Assembly: GCA_050743965.1 (NCBI GenBank)
Contig: JBOGGF010000054.1
Span: forward strand, 1-37,851
Source of the DNA: Acidimicrobiales bacterium
GTDB taxonomy: Bacteria > Actinomycetota > Acidimicrobiia > Acidimicrobiales > RAAP-2
Direction: 5' to 3'
DNA length: 37,851 nt
Numbering within the stretch: the stretch's first letter is position 1; each line of letters opens with the position of its first letter. The position numbers were made by a program, and so were the translations under genes. Positions 10,038 to 18,240 of the stretch are shown here, in pieces. The notes beneath the pieces are model-generated. The model was not told the DNA's origin. It ran no database searches and saw only the letters and a list, made by a program, of their open reading frames with translations.

Positions 10038-11867
10038 ATGAGCCTGCCCAGGTCACTCCTCCCCCTCCAGCGCCGGCTGCCCCGCCGGCATGACCGGCCC
10101 CCGGGCGCCACATCCGAGGCGGCCGGCACACCCCGCGCCGGCGACGCCACGTTGACGGCGCTGCTCCCCCGGGGCGCCGACGACCGGCTCGTCCTGATCG
10201 AGCGGTGCGCGTGGAGCGTGGTGTGGGTCGGCGTTCTGACCTCTGGTGCCGGGCTGTGGGCGCAGTGGTGGTCGTGGCCCCTCGTCGACGTGCTCGCACC
10301 GGTATTGGTCGGCGTGGCCCTGCTCGGCCTGGTCATTTGTTGGTGCGGGCGCGACGCCCGCTCCCGGCTCCACCAGGGCCTGGGGCTGGTGGCCGCCCTC
10401 GTGGCGGCAGGGGCCCCCGAGGCCGTCCAGCTCCACACGCGGCGCTTCTACCTGACCGACTCGGCGGCCCTCGACCACGTCGCCGCCCGCGTGCTGGTGC
10501 ACGGGCATGACCCGTACACGGCGTCGCTGTCGTCGGCCGCCCGCCTGCTGCACGACCCAAGCAGCTTCTGGACCTACACCGTCACCGGCGGTCACGTGGT
10601 CAACGTGTCGTACCCCGCAGGGTCGTTCCTGGCCTACGCCCCGGCGATCGCTCTCGGCTTCCACCACGAGATCGTCGACTGGATCGACCTCTTCGCCTGG
10701 CTGGCCGCGGTCCTGCTCCTCTTCCTCGCGTTGCCACGGTTCCTCCGATGGCTCGCCCCGCTCCTGGCGCTCACCGGGATCTTCACCGGCATGTTCGCCG
10801 GCGGCGGCACCGAGGCGGTCCTCGTCCCGCTGGCCATCGTTGCGGTCTGGCGCTGGGACCGTTACGGCAGGGGCAGGGAGGCTGGGATCGCCCGCTGGGT
10901 CGGCCCGGTGGCCCTGGGCCTCGCCTGCTCGGTCAAGCAGACCGCGTGGGTCCTCCTCCCCTTCCTGGTCGTCGGCGTCTTCGCCGAGGCCCGGCGGTCC
11001 GGCCGCCCTCCCGTCCGCACCTCCGGCCGGTACGTGGCGACCGGCCTGGCCGCGTTCGGTGCCGTCAACGCCCCGTTTCTCGTAGCCAGCCCGCTCGCCT
11101 GGTGGCGCGGCGTCACGACGCCGCTGCTCGACCCGTTGGTCGCCGACGGCCAGGGACTGGTGTCGCTGGCCCTCCACGGCATCACCGGCGGGGTGGACCT
11201 CACCCTGCTCGCCTACGCGAGCGGCCTCGCCTACCTTGCCGTCCTGGTCGCCGTCGTCGCCTGGTACCCCCGGCTGAAGCGGGTGTGGCCCTTCCTCGTG
11301 CCGATCGTTGCCTTCGTCTCCCCCCGCAGCTTCACCGGGTACCTGATCGACCTCGTCCCGCTGGCGCTGGTCGCGGCGGTCACGGTGGAGAAGGGGGCGA
11401 TGAGGTCCGGCGGTGACCTGCGGCGGTGGCGCTTCAACGTCGTCGGGCTCGGTGCCGGAGTGCTCGCGCTGGCGGCCGGGGCCGCTGCCGCGCTGGCGTT
11501 CGCCATCCCCGCGCCGCTGGCGCTGTCGATGGACCACGCCTCGATCGGGCACAACCGGCTCCTGCTCCGGGAGGTGACGGTGACGGTGACGAACCGGACC
11601 GCCACACCGGTCGCCCCGCATTTCATGGTCGACGTCGGCGCCCCGCACCCGACCGGCTTCTGGACCACCGCACACCACCGCCGGGTGGTCGTCGGTCCCC
11701 ATCGGGCCGTCACGGTGCGGCTGTACCCTCCCTCGCCCACCTCGTTCGTGCCCTCGGCATCGAATTGGGTGGTCGACGCGTACACGGCCCGACCCCGGTG
11801 GCTGTCGACCTCCCGCGAGGAGTGGCACGACTACGTCCCGCCGACATCGCCGGGCACGCGCCTCTGA
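10038..11867 (+). CDS. polytopic membrane protein, possibly a GT-C-fold glycosyltransferase (DUF2029/GT87-like), with a C-terminal soluble beta-rich domain
   Basis: 609 aa with more than 10 hydrophobic segments and an early loop motif HGHDPYT resembling the GT-C first-loop acidic motif. The last ~110 aa are non-hydrophobic (VTVTVTNRTATPVAPHFMVDV). The true start is uncertain because the N-terminal 60 aa are Arg/Pro-rich. Confidence 0.6.
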   Translation: MSLPRSLLPLQRRLPRRHDRPPGATSEAAGTPRAGDATLTALLPRGADDRLVLIERCAWSVVWVGVLTSGAGLWAQWWSWPLVDVLAPVLVGVALLGLVICWCGRDARSRLHQGLGLVAALVAAGAPEAVQLHTRRFYLTDSAALDHVAARVLVHGHDPYTASLSSAARLLHDPSSFWTYTVTGGHVVNVSYPAGSFLAYAPAIALGFHHEIVDWIDLFAWLAAVLLLFLALPRFLRWLAPLLALTGIFTGMFAGGGTEAVLVPLAIVAVWRWDRYGRGREAGIARWVGPVALGLACSVKQTAWVLLPFLVVGVFAEARRSGRPPVRTSGRYVATGLAAFGAVNAPFLVASPLAWWRGVTTPLLDPLVADGQGLVSLALHGITGGVDLTLLAYASGLAYLAVLVAVVAWYPRLKRVWPFLVPIVAFVSPRSFTGYLIDLVPLALVAAVTVEKGAMRSGGDLRRWRFNVVGLGAGVLALAAGAAAALAFAIPAPLALSMDHASIGHNRLLLREVTVTVTNRTATPVAPHFMVDVGAPHPTGFWTTAHHRRVVVGPHRAVTVRLYPPSPTSFVPSASNWVVDAYTARPRWLSTSREEWHDYVPPTSPGTRL

Positions 11868-11931
11868 GCGTGGTGCCGGCGCGGCTCGATGCTCCGCCGA
11901 TCCGGATCCATCGCCACGTAGCCTGACGGTC

Positions 11932-12843
11932 ATGTCCGAGCTGGTGAGCCTGTTCGTCCCCGGCCCGGGGCCGGGCACGGGCGCCGAGCCGCCGACCTGG
12001 CTGCCCACCGACCTCGCCCGGGGGCCGTGGTACCCCGGTGCCCTCCACGGCGGACCGGTGGCGGCGCTGCTCGCCCGGGCGGTCGAGCGGACCGTCACCG
12101 GCTCCCCTGACGCGACGGGCTCCCCTGACGCCGCCGGCCCGCCCGATGCCGCCGGCTTCCCCGACGGTCAATTCACCCGGTTCACCCTCGAGCTGCTCCG
12201 CCCGGTGCCGGTGGCACCGCTGACGGTGGCGGCGGCCGTCATCCGGCCCGGACGCAAGGTGCAGCTGGTCGAAGCGGAGCTGCGTGCCGGCGACCAGGCC
12301 GTGGCGCGCTGCCGTGCCCTGCGGCTGCGAGTGGCGGGCGGGCCCGCTTCACCCGCGGCCGCTCCGGCCACCCCCGCATCTCCGGCCGCCCCGGCCCGAT
12401 CCGGCCCGGCCCCGTTCCCCGGTCCCGACGACGCCGGCGAGCGCCGGGCCTTCTCCGGCGACTACGCCGGCTTCCACAATGCCGGCGCCGAGCTGCGCTT
12501 CGCCCAGGGCGGTATCGGCGAGCTGGGCCCGGCGGCGGTGTGGATCCGCCTCGCCGTCCCCGTCGTGCCCGGCGAGACGCCATCCGCGCTCCAGCGAGCG
12601 GTGGCGGCGGCCGACTTCGGCAACGGCGTGAGCGCCGTCCTGCCGATGGACGACTGCACGTTCGTCAACGCCGACCTGACCGTCGCTTGCACACGTCCCG
12701 CGACCGGCGAGTGGGTGGCCCTCGAGGCCGAGACCACTCTCGGGGCGCCCGGGATCGGTTTGGCCCAGTCCCGCCTGTGGGACACCGGAGGGACTGGGCC
12801 GTTCGGCCGTGGCATCCAGTGCATCTTGTTGGAGCCCCGATGA
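11932..12843 (+). CDS. acyl-CoA thioesterase-like (double hotdog, TesB-like) protein
   Basis: GALHGGPVAALLARAVE in the N-terminal half, and AVWIRLAVP and ADFGNGVS in the C-terminal half, are typical of this thioesterase family. There are Pro/Ala-rich linker inserts. Confidence 0.65.
   Translation: MSELVSLFVPGPGPGTGAEPPTWLPTDLARGPWYPGALHGGPVAALLARAVERTVTGSPDATGSPDAAGPPDAAGFPDGQFTRFTLELLRPVPVAPLTVAAAVIRPGRKVQLVEAELRAGDQAVARCRALRLRVAGGPASPAAAPATPASPAAPARSGPAPFPGPDDAGERRAFSGDYAGFHNAGAELRFAQGGIGELGPAAVWIRLAVPVVPGETPSALQRAVAAADFGNGVSAVLPMDDCTFVNADLTVACTRPATGEWVALEAETTLGAPGIGLAQSRLWDTGGTGPFGRGIQCILLEPR
12100..12168 (+). repeat. about four imperfect 18-bp tandem repeats encoding GSPDAT-GSPDAA-GPPDAA-GFPDG
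   Basis: Seen directly: GGCTCCCCTGACGCGACG / GGCTCCCCTGACGCCGCC / GGCCCGCCCGATGCCGCC / GGCTTCCCCGACGGT, in frame inside the thioesterase gene. Confidence 0.85.
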
Positions 12844-14063
12844 GCAGCGACCCGATGCGGCAGACTGGCCCGATGCTCGCCGCCGCCCGCTTCCTCGACG
12901 CGGCCGACGCCCGGACGGCACAGCGGCTGCACAGCGTGGCCGACGCCCGGGCCGTGGCCCGCCGGCGCCTCCCACCGGTGGTGTTCGACTACATCGACGG
13001 CGGGGCCGACGACGAGGTCACCCTGCGGGCGAACGAGGCGGCATACGCAGCGCGGGCGTTCCGGCCCCGAGCCGCCGCCGGGCGGCTCGAGCCGGGGCTG
13101 GACACCGCCGTGCTGGGCATCCCGCTCGCCCTGCCCGTCATCTTGGCCCCGTCCGGCCTGGTGCGCCTGTTCCACCCCGACGGTCCGGCCGGCGCCGCCC
13201 GGGCCGCTGCCGCCCGCGGCACGGTATCGACGGTGAGCACGGTGGCCGGGACCCCGCTCGAGCAGGTGGCGGCCGAGGCCAAGGTCCCGCTGTGGTTCCA
13301 GCTCTACGCCGCCGGTGGCCGGCCGCAGGCCGAAGTCCTCTGTCGCACCGCCGCCGACGCAGGGGTCGAGGTGCTCGTCGTGACGGTCGACACCCCGGCC
13401 CTCGGCAACCGCGAGCGCGACGTCCACCACGGCGTGGCACCACCCCTGCGGGTGGACGCCCACAACGCCGTCCAGCTCGGGGCCCAGGTCCTGCTCCGGC
13501 CTCGGTGGGCGGCCCGGCTGGCGGCCACCGGCATCCGGATGAGCCGCCGCGGCACCGGGCCTCCGAGCGCCGACACTGCGCTGCTCCACGGGGCCGCCTC
13601 GCCGTTCTCCTGGGACGACGTGGCCTACCTGCGCCAGCTCTGGTCGGGAAAGGTCGTGGTGAAGGGGGTCCTCTCGGGCGACGATGCCCGCCGCGCCGTG
13701 GATGCCGGCGCCGACGCGGTGGTCGTCTCCAACCATGGCGGGCGCCAGCTCGACGGTGCCCCGTCCACCCTGTCGGTGCTGCCCGAAGTGGTGGCCGCCG
13801 TGGGCGACCGGATCGAGGTGCTCGTCGACGGCGGCATCCGCCGGGGTGGCCACGTCGTGCTGGCGCTGGCCCTCGGGGCCCGGGCGGTGCTGATCGGCCG
13901 CCCGTACCTCTACGGACTGGCCGCCGCCGGGGAGCGGGGGGTCGAGCGCATCCTCGACGTGCTGGCCGCCGAGATGCGGCGCACCCTGCTGTTGCTCGGG
14001 TGCCCGTCGGTGGCCGACCTCGGTCCCGACTGGGTAGCCGGGGCCGGTACGGCCGCCCGCTGA
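12840..14063 (+). CDS. FMN-dependent alpha-hydroxy-acid dehydrogenase/oxidase (LldD / glycolate oxidase family)
   Basis: FDYIDGGADDE, WFQLY, VTVDTPALGNRERD and VVSNHGGRQLDG motifs are present. ATG 12840 overlaps the upstream stop (ATGA). Confidence 0.9.
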   Translation: MSSDPMRQTGPMLAAARFLDAADARTAQRLHSVADARAVARRRLPPVVFDYIDGGADDEVTLRANEAAYAARAFRPRAAAGRLEPGLDTAVLGIPLALPVILAPSGLVRLFHPDGPAGAARAAAARGTVSTVSTVAGTPLEQVAAEAKVPLWFQLYAAGGRPQAEVLCRTAADAGVEVLVVTVDTPALGNRERDVHHGVAPPLRVDAHNAVQLGAQVLLRPRWAARLAATGIRMSRRGTGPPSADTALLHGAASPFSWDDVAYLRQLWSGKVVVKGVLSGDDARRAVDAGADAVVVSNHGGRQLDGAPSTLSVLPEVVAAVGDRIEVLVDGGIRRGGHVVLALALGARAVLIGRPYLYGLAAAGERGVERILDVLAAEMRRTLLLLGCPSVADLGPDWVAGAGTAAR

Positions 14064-14207
14064 CGGTCGGCGGCAACGACCGCGGTCCACACCGGTTGGC
14101 AGCGGAGAGGAGGAGCGCGACGGGACGGGCACGGTCGGTGATCTCAGTCGTGTCGCCGGTCGGGCGCGTCCCGGCGGGCGCCTACGGGCTGCGCGGCCCG
14201 GCGACGC

Positions 14208-14723
14208 TCAGGCGTCCCGGCGGACCATCAGGAACCCGCCGACGAGGAGCGCCAGCACGGTGTACCCGCACATGAGGCCGAACCCCGTCCACGGGGCGAA
14301 CGAGTGGTGCCCGGTGTGCAGGGCGATCATCGCCGCCCCGATCTGGTCGGGGAAGAACCGCTCGACGGCGTTGGCGATGGAGGTCGGCAAGGCGTGCACG
14401 ACCGCCGACAGGACCAGGAGCACGGCCACGAAGGCGGTGATGGAGCCGGCCGTGTGCCGGATGATCGAGGCCACGGCCATGGCGAAGAGGCCGATGACGC
14501 AAAGGTAGGGCCCGGAGCCGACCACGGCCCGGACGGCACCCGGCGAGGCAAGGGTGGCGTGGGGCACCGGTGCGGTGAGGAAGGCCTGCCCGACGTAGAA
14601 CGACGCGAAGGTGACCACCTCGGCGACGACCAGGGCCACCACGCCGAAGACGGCGGTCTCCGCCACCAGCACCAGCGGCCGGCGGGGCGCCCAGGGCACG
14701 GGCCGGCGGGGCGCCCAGGGCAC
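14208..14723 (-). pseudogene. ABC-2-type permease remnant (C-terminal ~170 aa only)
   Basis: The sequence RRPLVLVAETAVFGVVALVVAEVVTFASFYVGQAFL...IIRHTAGSITAF normally sits in the middle and C-terminal part of these permeases. The N-terminal TM helices are missing, and the ORF begins inside a 24-bp tandem repeat. Confidence 0.7.
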
Positions 14724-14743
14724 GGGCCGGCGGGGCGAGGGCC
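14677..14743. repeat. 24-bp tandem repeat, about 2.7 copies (GGCCGGCGGGGCGCCCAGGGCACG)
   Basis: Two perfect copies lie at 14677-14700 and 14701-14724, plus a partial third. It encodes PWAPRRPV-PWAPRRPL at the 5' end of the permease remnant. Confidence 0.9.
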
Positions 14744-14750
14744 GAACCCG

Positions 14751-15598
14751 TCACCGGTTCCACCCGCCGCCGGTGCCGTTGCCCCGAGGGCCCGTGGGCG
14801 CACCCTGGTACTCGACCGACTCTCCCGTCAGCTCCATGAAGGCCTCCTCCAGCGACAGCGACTGCGGCGACAGCTCGTGCAGCACCACCGGAAGGCTCGC
14901 CGCCAGCTCGCCGACGTCCCGGACGTCCATGCCCCGCACCGAGAGCGAACCGTCGTCCTACGGAGCGGTCGTCCTCCAGAGCGGTCGTCGCCCTCTTGCC
15001 CACGAGGGCCGGGCGCAGCTCGGCCAGGCCGGGCGAGCGCACCCGCACGAACCGCTGTGAGCTCTGGTCCACGAGCTCCTCGATCGACACCTGGGCGATC
15101 GGGCGACCCCGCCCGATGATGACGACCTCCTCGGCGGTCAGGGCCATCTCGCTCATGAGGTGGCTGGAGACGAACACGGTGCGCCCCTCCTGCGCCAGGC
15201 ACTTCAACAGGTTGCGCACCCAGCGGATGCCGTCGGGGTCGAGGCCGTTGACTGGCTCGTCGAAGAGCAGGACCGTGGGGTCCCCCAGCGATGCGGCGGC
15301 GATGCCGGGGTGCTGGCCCATCCCGAGGGAGGACTTCCCGACTCGCCGGTGGGCGACCGACGTGAGCCCGACGATGCCGAGCACTTCGTCGATCCGCCGC
15401 CGGTCGATGCCGCTGCCGTCCTTCGCCGCCGGACGACGTCCCCGTCGTCACCTGGCGTCGGCCGACGAAGCGGGATTGCGTGCCGGCGGTTGGCCGGCCC
15501 GGGCGGGCACCCATGCCCGTCTGGCCGACGGCTGAGCGTCGACCCAGCGGCGCGGTCGCGCGGCCCGGGACCCAGGATACGGACAGGCCTCGCGTCAC
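14751..15598 (-). pseudogene. ABC transporter ATP-binding protein, decayed (frameshifts, internal deletion, ruined Walker A)
   Basis: Homology is spread over three frames. The N-terminus MTRGLSV..VPGRATAPLGRRSAVGQT stands where PG.VTGFLGPNGAGKST is expected. The middle is IDEVLGIVGLT..SLGMGQHPGIAAASLGDPTVLLFDEPVNGLDP..RTVFVSSHLMSEMALTA. The C-terminus is LSPQSLSLEEAFMELTG. Confidence 0.8.
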
Positions 15599-15720
15599 GA
15601 ACGCCGCGCCGACGGCTGCTGCACCGGCCGCACGCGCCCTGTGGCAGTCTGGTGCCCGATCCTGGTCGCATCCCGTGGTGGCGTGACGGGCACGGACGGC
15701 CGACGGCGCCGACGAGGAGG

Positions 15721-16779
15721 ATGAGGGTGACAGGTCGCAGCGGCACGGCGAGATGGGACGGCCCCGCCATCGTGGTCGAGGGCCTGCACAAGTCCTTCGG
15801 CGACGTGCAGGCGTTGCGGGGGATCGATCTCGCGGTGGACCGGGGCAAGGTCCTCGGCGTCCTCGGTCCCAACGGGGCCGGCAAGACGACCGCGGTCAAG
15901 ATCCTGACGACGCTGCTCGCCCCCGACAGCGGCCGGGCGCTGGTCGAAGGGCGCGACGTGGTCCGGTCGGCCGCCGCCGTGCGGGAGATCATCGGGCTCG
16001 CTGGCCAGTCGGCCGCCATCCAGGAAGAGCTGACGGGGCGGGAGAACGTCGAGATCATGGGCCGCCTCCATCACCTCACGAAGGTCGACGCCAGCCGCCG
16101 GGCCGAGGAGCTCCTGCACCGGTTCGACCTCGACGACGCCGCCGACCGGCCGGCGAAGGGCTACTCGGGTGGCATGGAGCGCCGGCTCGACCTGGCGGCG
16201 AGCCTCGTCGCCCAGCCAGCCGTCCTCTTCCTCGACGAGCCCACCACCGGCCTCGATCCGAGGAGCCGGATCGGCATGTGGGGGGTGCTACGCGAGCTGG
16301 TGGCCGGCGGCACGACGCTCCTGCTCACCACCCAGTACCTCGAGGAAGCCGACGAGCTCGCCGACGAGATCGTGGTCATCGACCACGGCCAGGTGATCGC
16401 CGCCGGCACCGGGGCGACGCTCAAGAACCGGATTGGGGGCGACGTGGTGGAGTTCAGCGTCGTCGACCCGGCGGAGCTCGAGCGCGCGGTGCAGGCGGTG
16501 GAGGTGCTCGGCGACGGCGAGCCGGTGGTCGACCAGGACGCCACCCGGGTGTCGATCCGCGTCGGGTCGCGAGGGTCGGACGCACTCGTGCAAGCGGTGC
16601 GGGAGCTCGACACGGCGGGCATCCGGACGGAGGGGATGGGCATCCGCCGGCCCTCACTCGATGACGTCTTTCTCTCCCTCACCGGTCACGGCACCGATGC
16701 TGCCCCCGCCGACGGACCGGGACGCTCACGGGCGAGGTCACGTCGGGGGCGGGCCGAGGCCTCCTCGGGAGCGCGCTGA
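15721..16779 (+). CDS. DrrA-like (daunorubicin-resistance type) ABC transporter ATP-binding protein
   Basis: Walker A GPNGAGKTT, signature YSGGMERRL, Walker B VLFLDEPTTGLD and LLTTQYLEEADELAD are present. GAGGAGG lies immediately before ATG 15721. Confidence 0.9.
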   Translation: MRVTGRSGTARWDGPAIVVEGLHKSFGDVQALRGIDLAVDRGKVLGVLGPNGAGKTTAVKILTTLLAPDSGRALVEGRDVVRSAAAVREIIGLAGQSAAIQEELTGRENVEIMGRLHHLTKVDASRRAEELLHRFDLDDAADRPAKGYSGGMERRLDLAASLVAQPAVLFLDEPTTGLDPRSRIGMWGVLRELVAGGTTLLLTTQYLEEADELADEIVVIDHGQVIAAGTGATLKNRIGGDVVEFSVVDPAELERAVQAVEVLGDGEPVVDQDATRVSIRVGSRGSDALVQAVRELDTAGIRTEGMGIRRPSLDDVFLSLTGHGTDAAPADGPGRSRARSRRGRAEASSGAR

Positions 16780-16781
16780 CG

Positions 16782-17612
16782 ATGGCGACCGCTGCCGCAC
16801 CTTCCCCGCTCATCCCCCTCGACGTCCCGTCACCGCCCCTCGGCCAGCGCCTCCGCTACGGCTGGGCCGACACGGCCAACCTCACCCGACGAGACGTCAA
16901 GATCTGGACCCGCAACCCCGCGTTCCTCGTCTTCGCCGTCATCCAACCGGTGATGTTCGTCCTGCTCTTCCGCTACGTCTTCGGCGGAGCCATCACCGTG
17001 CACGTTCGCGGCGGCTACGTGGACTACCTGATGCCCGGCATCATCGCCCAGTCGGCGGCGTTCGGCTCGTTCGGGACGGCGATCGCCCTGGCCCGCCAGA
17101 TGCAGCGCGGCGTCATCGACCGCTTCCGCTCGATGCCGATGGCCCGCTCCGCCGTGCTGCTCGGGCGGCTTGCGGCCGACACGCTGCGGCTCGCGGTGAC
17201 GCTCCTCATCATCTTGGGGGTCGGCTACGCCGTCGGCTTCCGCTTTGTCAACGGCGTCGGGCCCGCCGTCGTGATGATGGTGCTCGGCGTCGCCTTCGGC
17301 GTCGTCATCTGCTCCGTCAGCGCCTACGTCGGGCTGGCCATCCGGGACGAGGAGTCGGTCGGCTCGTTCGGCCTCATCTGGCTCTTCCCGCTCACCTTCG
17401 TGAGCTCCGCCTTCGTGCCCATCACATCGATGCCCGGCTGGCTGCAGGCCTTCGCCAAGAACCAGCCGGTGACGATCGTCATCGACGAGATGCGGGCGCT
17501 GGCCCTCGGCGGCCCGCTCGGCCTGCACGGCTGGCAGAGCGCGGCCTGGCTGATCGGCATCTTCGTCGTGTTCGTCCCCCTGGCGGTCCGGGCCTACCGC
17601 CGCGCCAGCTGA
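16782..17612 (+). CDS. DrrB-like ABC-2 permease
   Basis: 276 aa with six hydrophobic segments and an ABC-2 pattern (RNPAFLVFAVIQPVMFVLLFRYVFGG). It starts 3 nt after the ATPase stop. Confidence 0.88.
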   Translation: MATAAAPSPLIPLDVPSPPLGQRLRYGWADTANLTRRDVKIWTRNPAFLVFAVIQPVMFVLLFRYVFGGAITVHVRGGYVDYLMPGIIAQSAAFGSFGTAIALARQMQRGVIDRFRSMPMARSAVLLGRLAADTLRLAVTLLIILGVGYAVGFRFVNGVGPAVVMMVLGVAFGVVICSVSAYVGLAIRDEESVGSFGLIWLFPLTFVSSAFVPITSMPGWLQAFAKNQPVTIVIDEMRALALGGPLGLHGWQSAAWLIGIFVVFVPLAVRAYRRAS

Positions 17613-17613
17613 G

Positions 17614-18162
17614 GTGCCGAGGAGCGAGCGCCCCGTGCAGTGGAAGCGGGACCCCCGACCGATCGCCGGCGCCGTGGCCTGCGGGGTGGCCCTGCTCGCC
17701 GCTGGCTGCGGCGGCCCGACGACATCGGGCGCCGGCGCCGCAGCACGCTCGAACGGCACGACGACGACCTCCACGTGGCCGGCGCACGATCCCGAGACGG
17801 CGGCAGCCCTGCTCAGGATCGGCCGGGCGTTCAATGAGGACTACGCCCACAACCGCGACGCCGCGGTCTACGCCCGGTGGGACGCGGCGAGCCGCGCGAT
17901 CATCTCCCGGCGCGACTATGTGCAGCGGCACAAGGACTGCCCGAGCGCGACAGGTGCTCCCGTCCACACCTGGGGAGTGGCCCACAGCGCCGGCGTGGCA
18001 TGGCTGGTCCACTACTCCATCGGCGGGATCCAGTTCACCGACTACTGGTACTACCAGCGGGGTCGCTTCGTCTTCGACCTGCCCAAGTCGAACCCCTCCT
18101 CCGTCGAGCTCTACCGGTTGTCCCCGGCCCGGTACGCCAAGGCGGTGGGTTGCAATCACTGA
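17614..18162 (+). CDS. hypothetical lipoprotein
   Basis: Signal peptide with lipobox VALLAAGC. It starts 1 nt after the permease stop. I recognise no domain. An alternative start is GTG 17635. Confidence 0.6.
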   Translation: MPRSERPVQWKRDPRPIAGAVACGVALLAAGCGGPTTSGAGAAARSNGTTTTSTWPAHDPETAAALLRIGRAFNEDYAHNRDAAVYARWDAASRAIISRRDYVQRHKDCPSATGAPVHTWGVAHSAGVAWLVHYSIGGIQFTDYWYYQRGRFVFDLPKSNPSSVELYRLSPARYAKAVGCNH

Positions 18163-18240
18163 CCGCCATCCGACCTGGGGTGGCGACCGGCGGGATCGCG
18201 GCTTCGGCGTGAACGCCGGCACGGCCCGGGCACGTCCAGG

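Noticed and set aside
12840-14063. The FMN alpha-hydroxy-acid dehydrogenase as MftD of a mycofactocin cluster.
   Set aside because: No radical-SAM (mftC), mftB, creatininase-like mftE, glycosyltransferase mftF or small ...GVY precursor ORF lies nearby. The neighbours are a thioesterase and a decayed ABC operon.
14677-14743. Tandem direct repeats (here, and at 12100-12168, 20371-20412 and 24212-24247) considered as possible CRISPR arrays.
   Set aside because: The repeats are directly adjacent with no unique spacers, number only 2-4 copies, are mostly in frame inside genes, and have no cas genes nearby.
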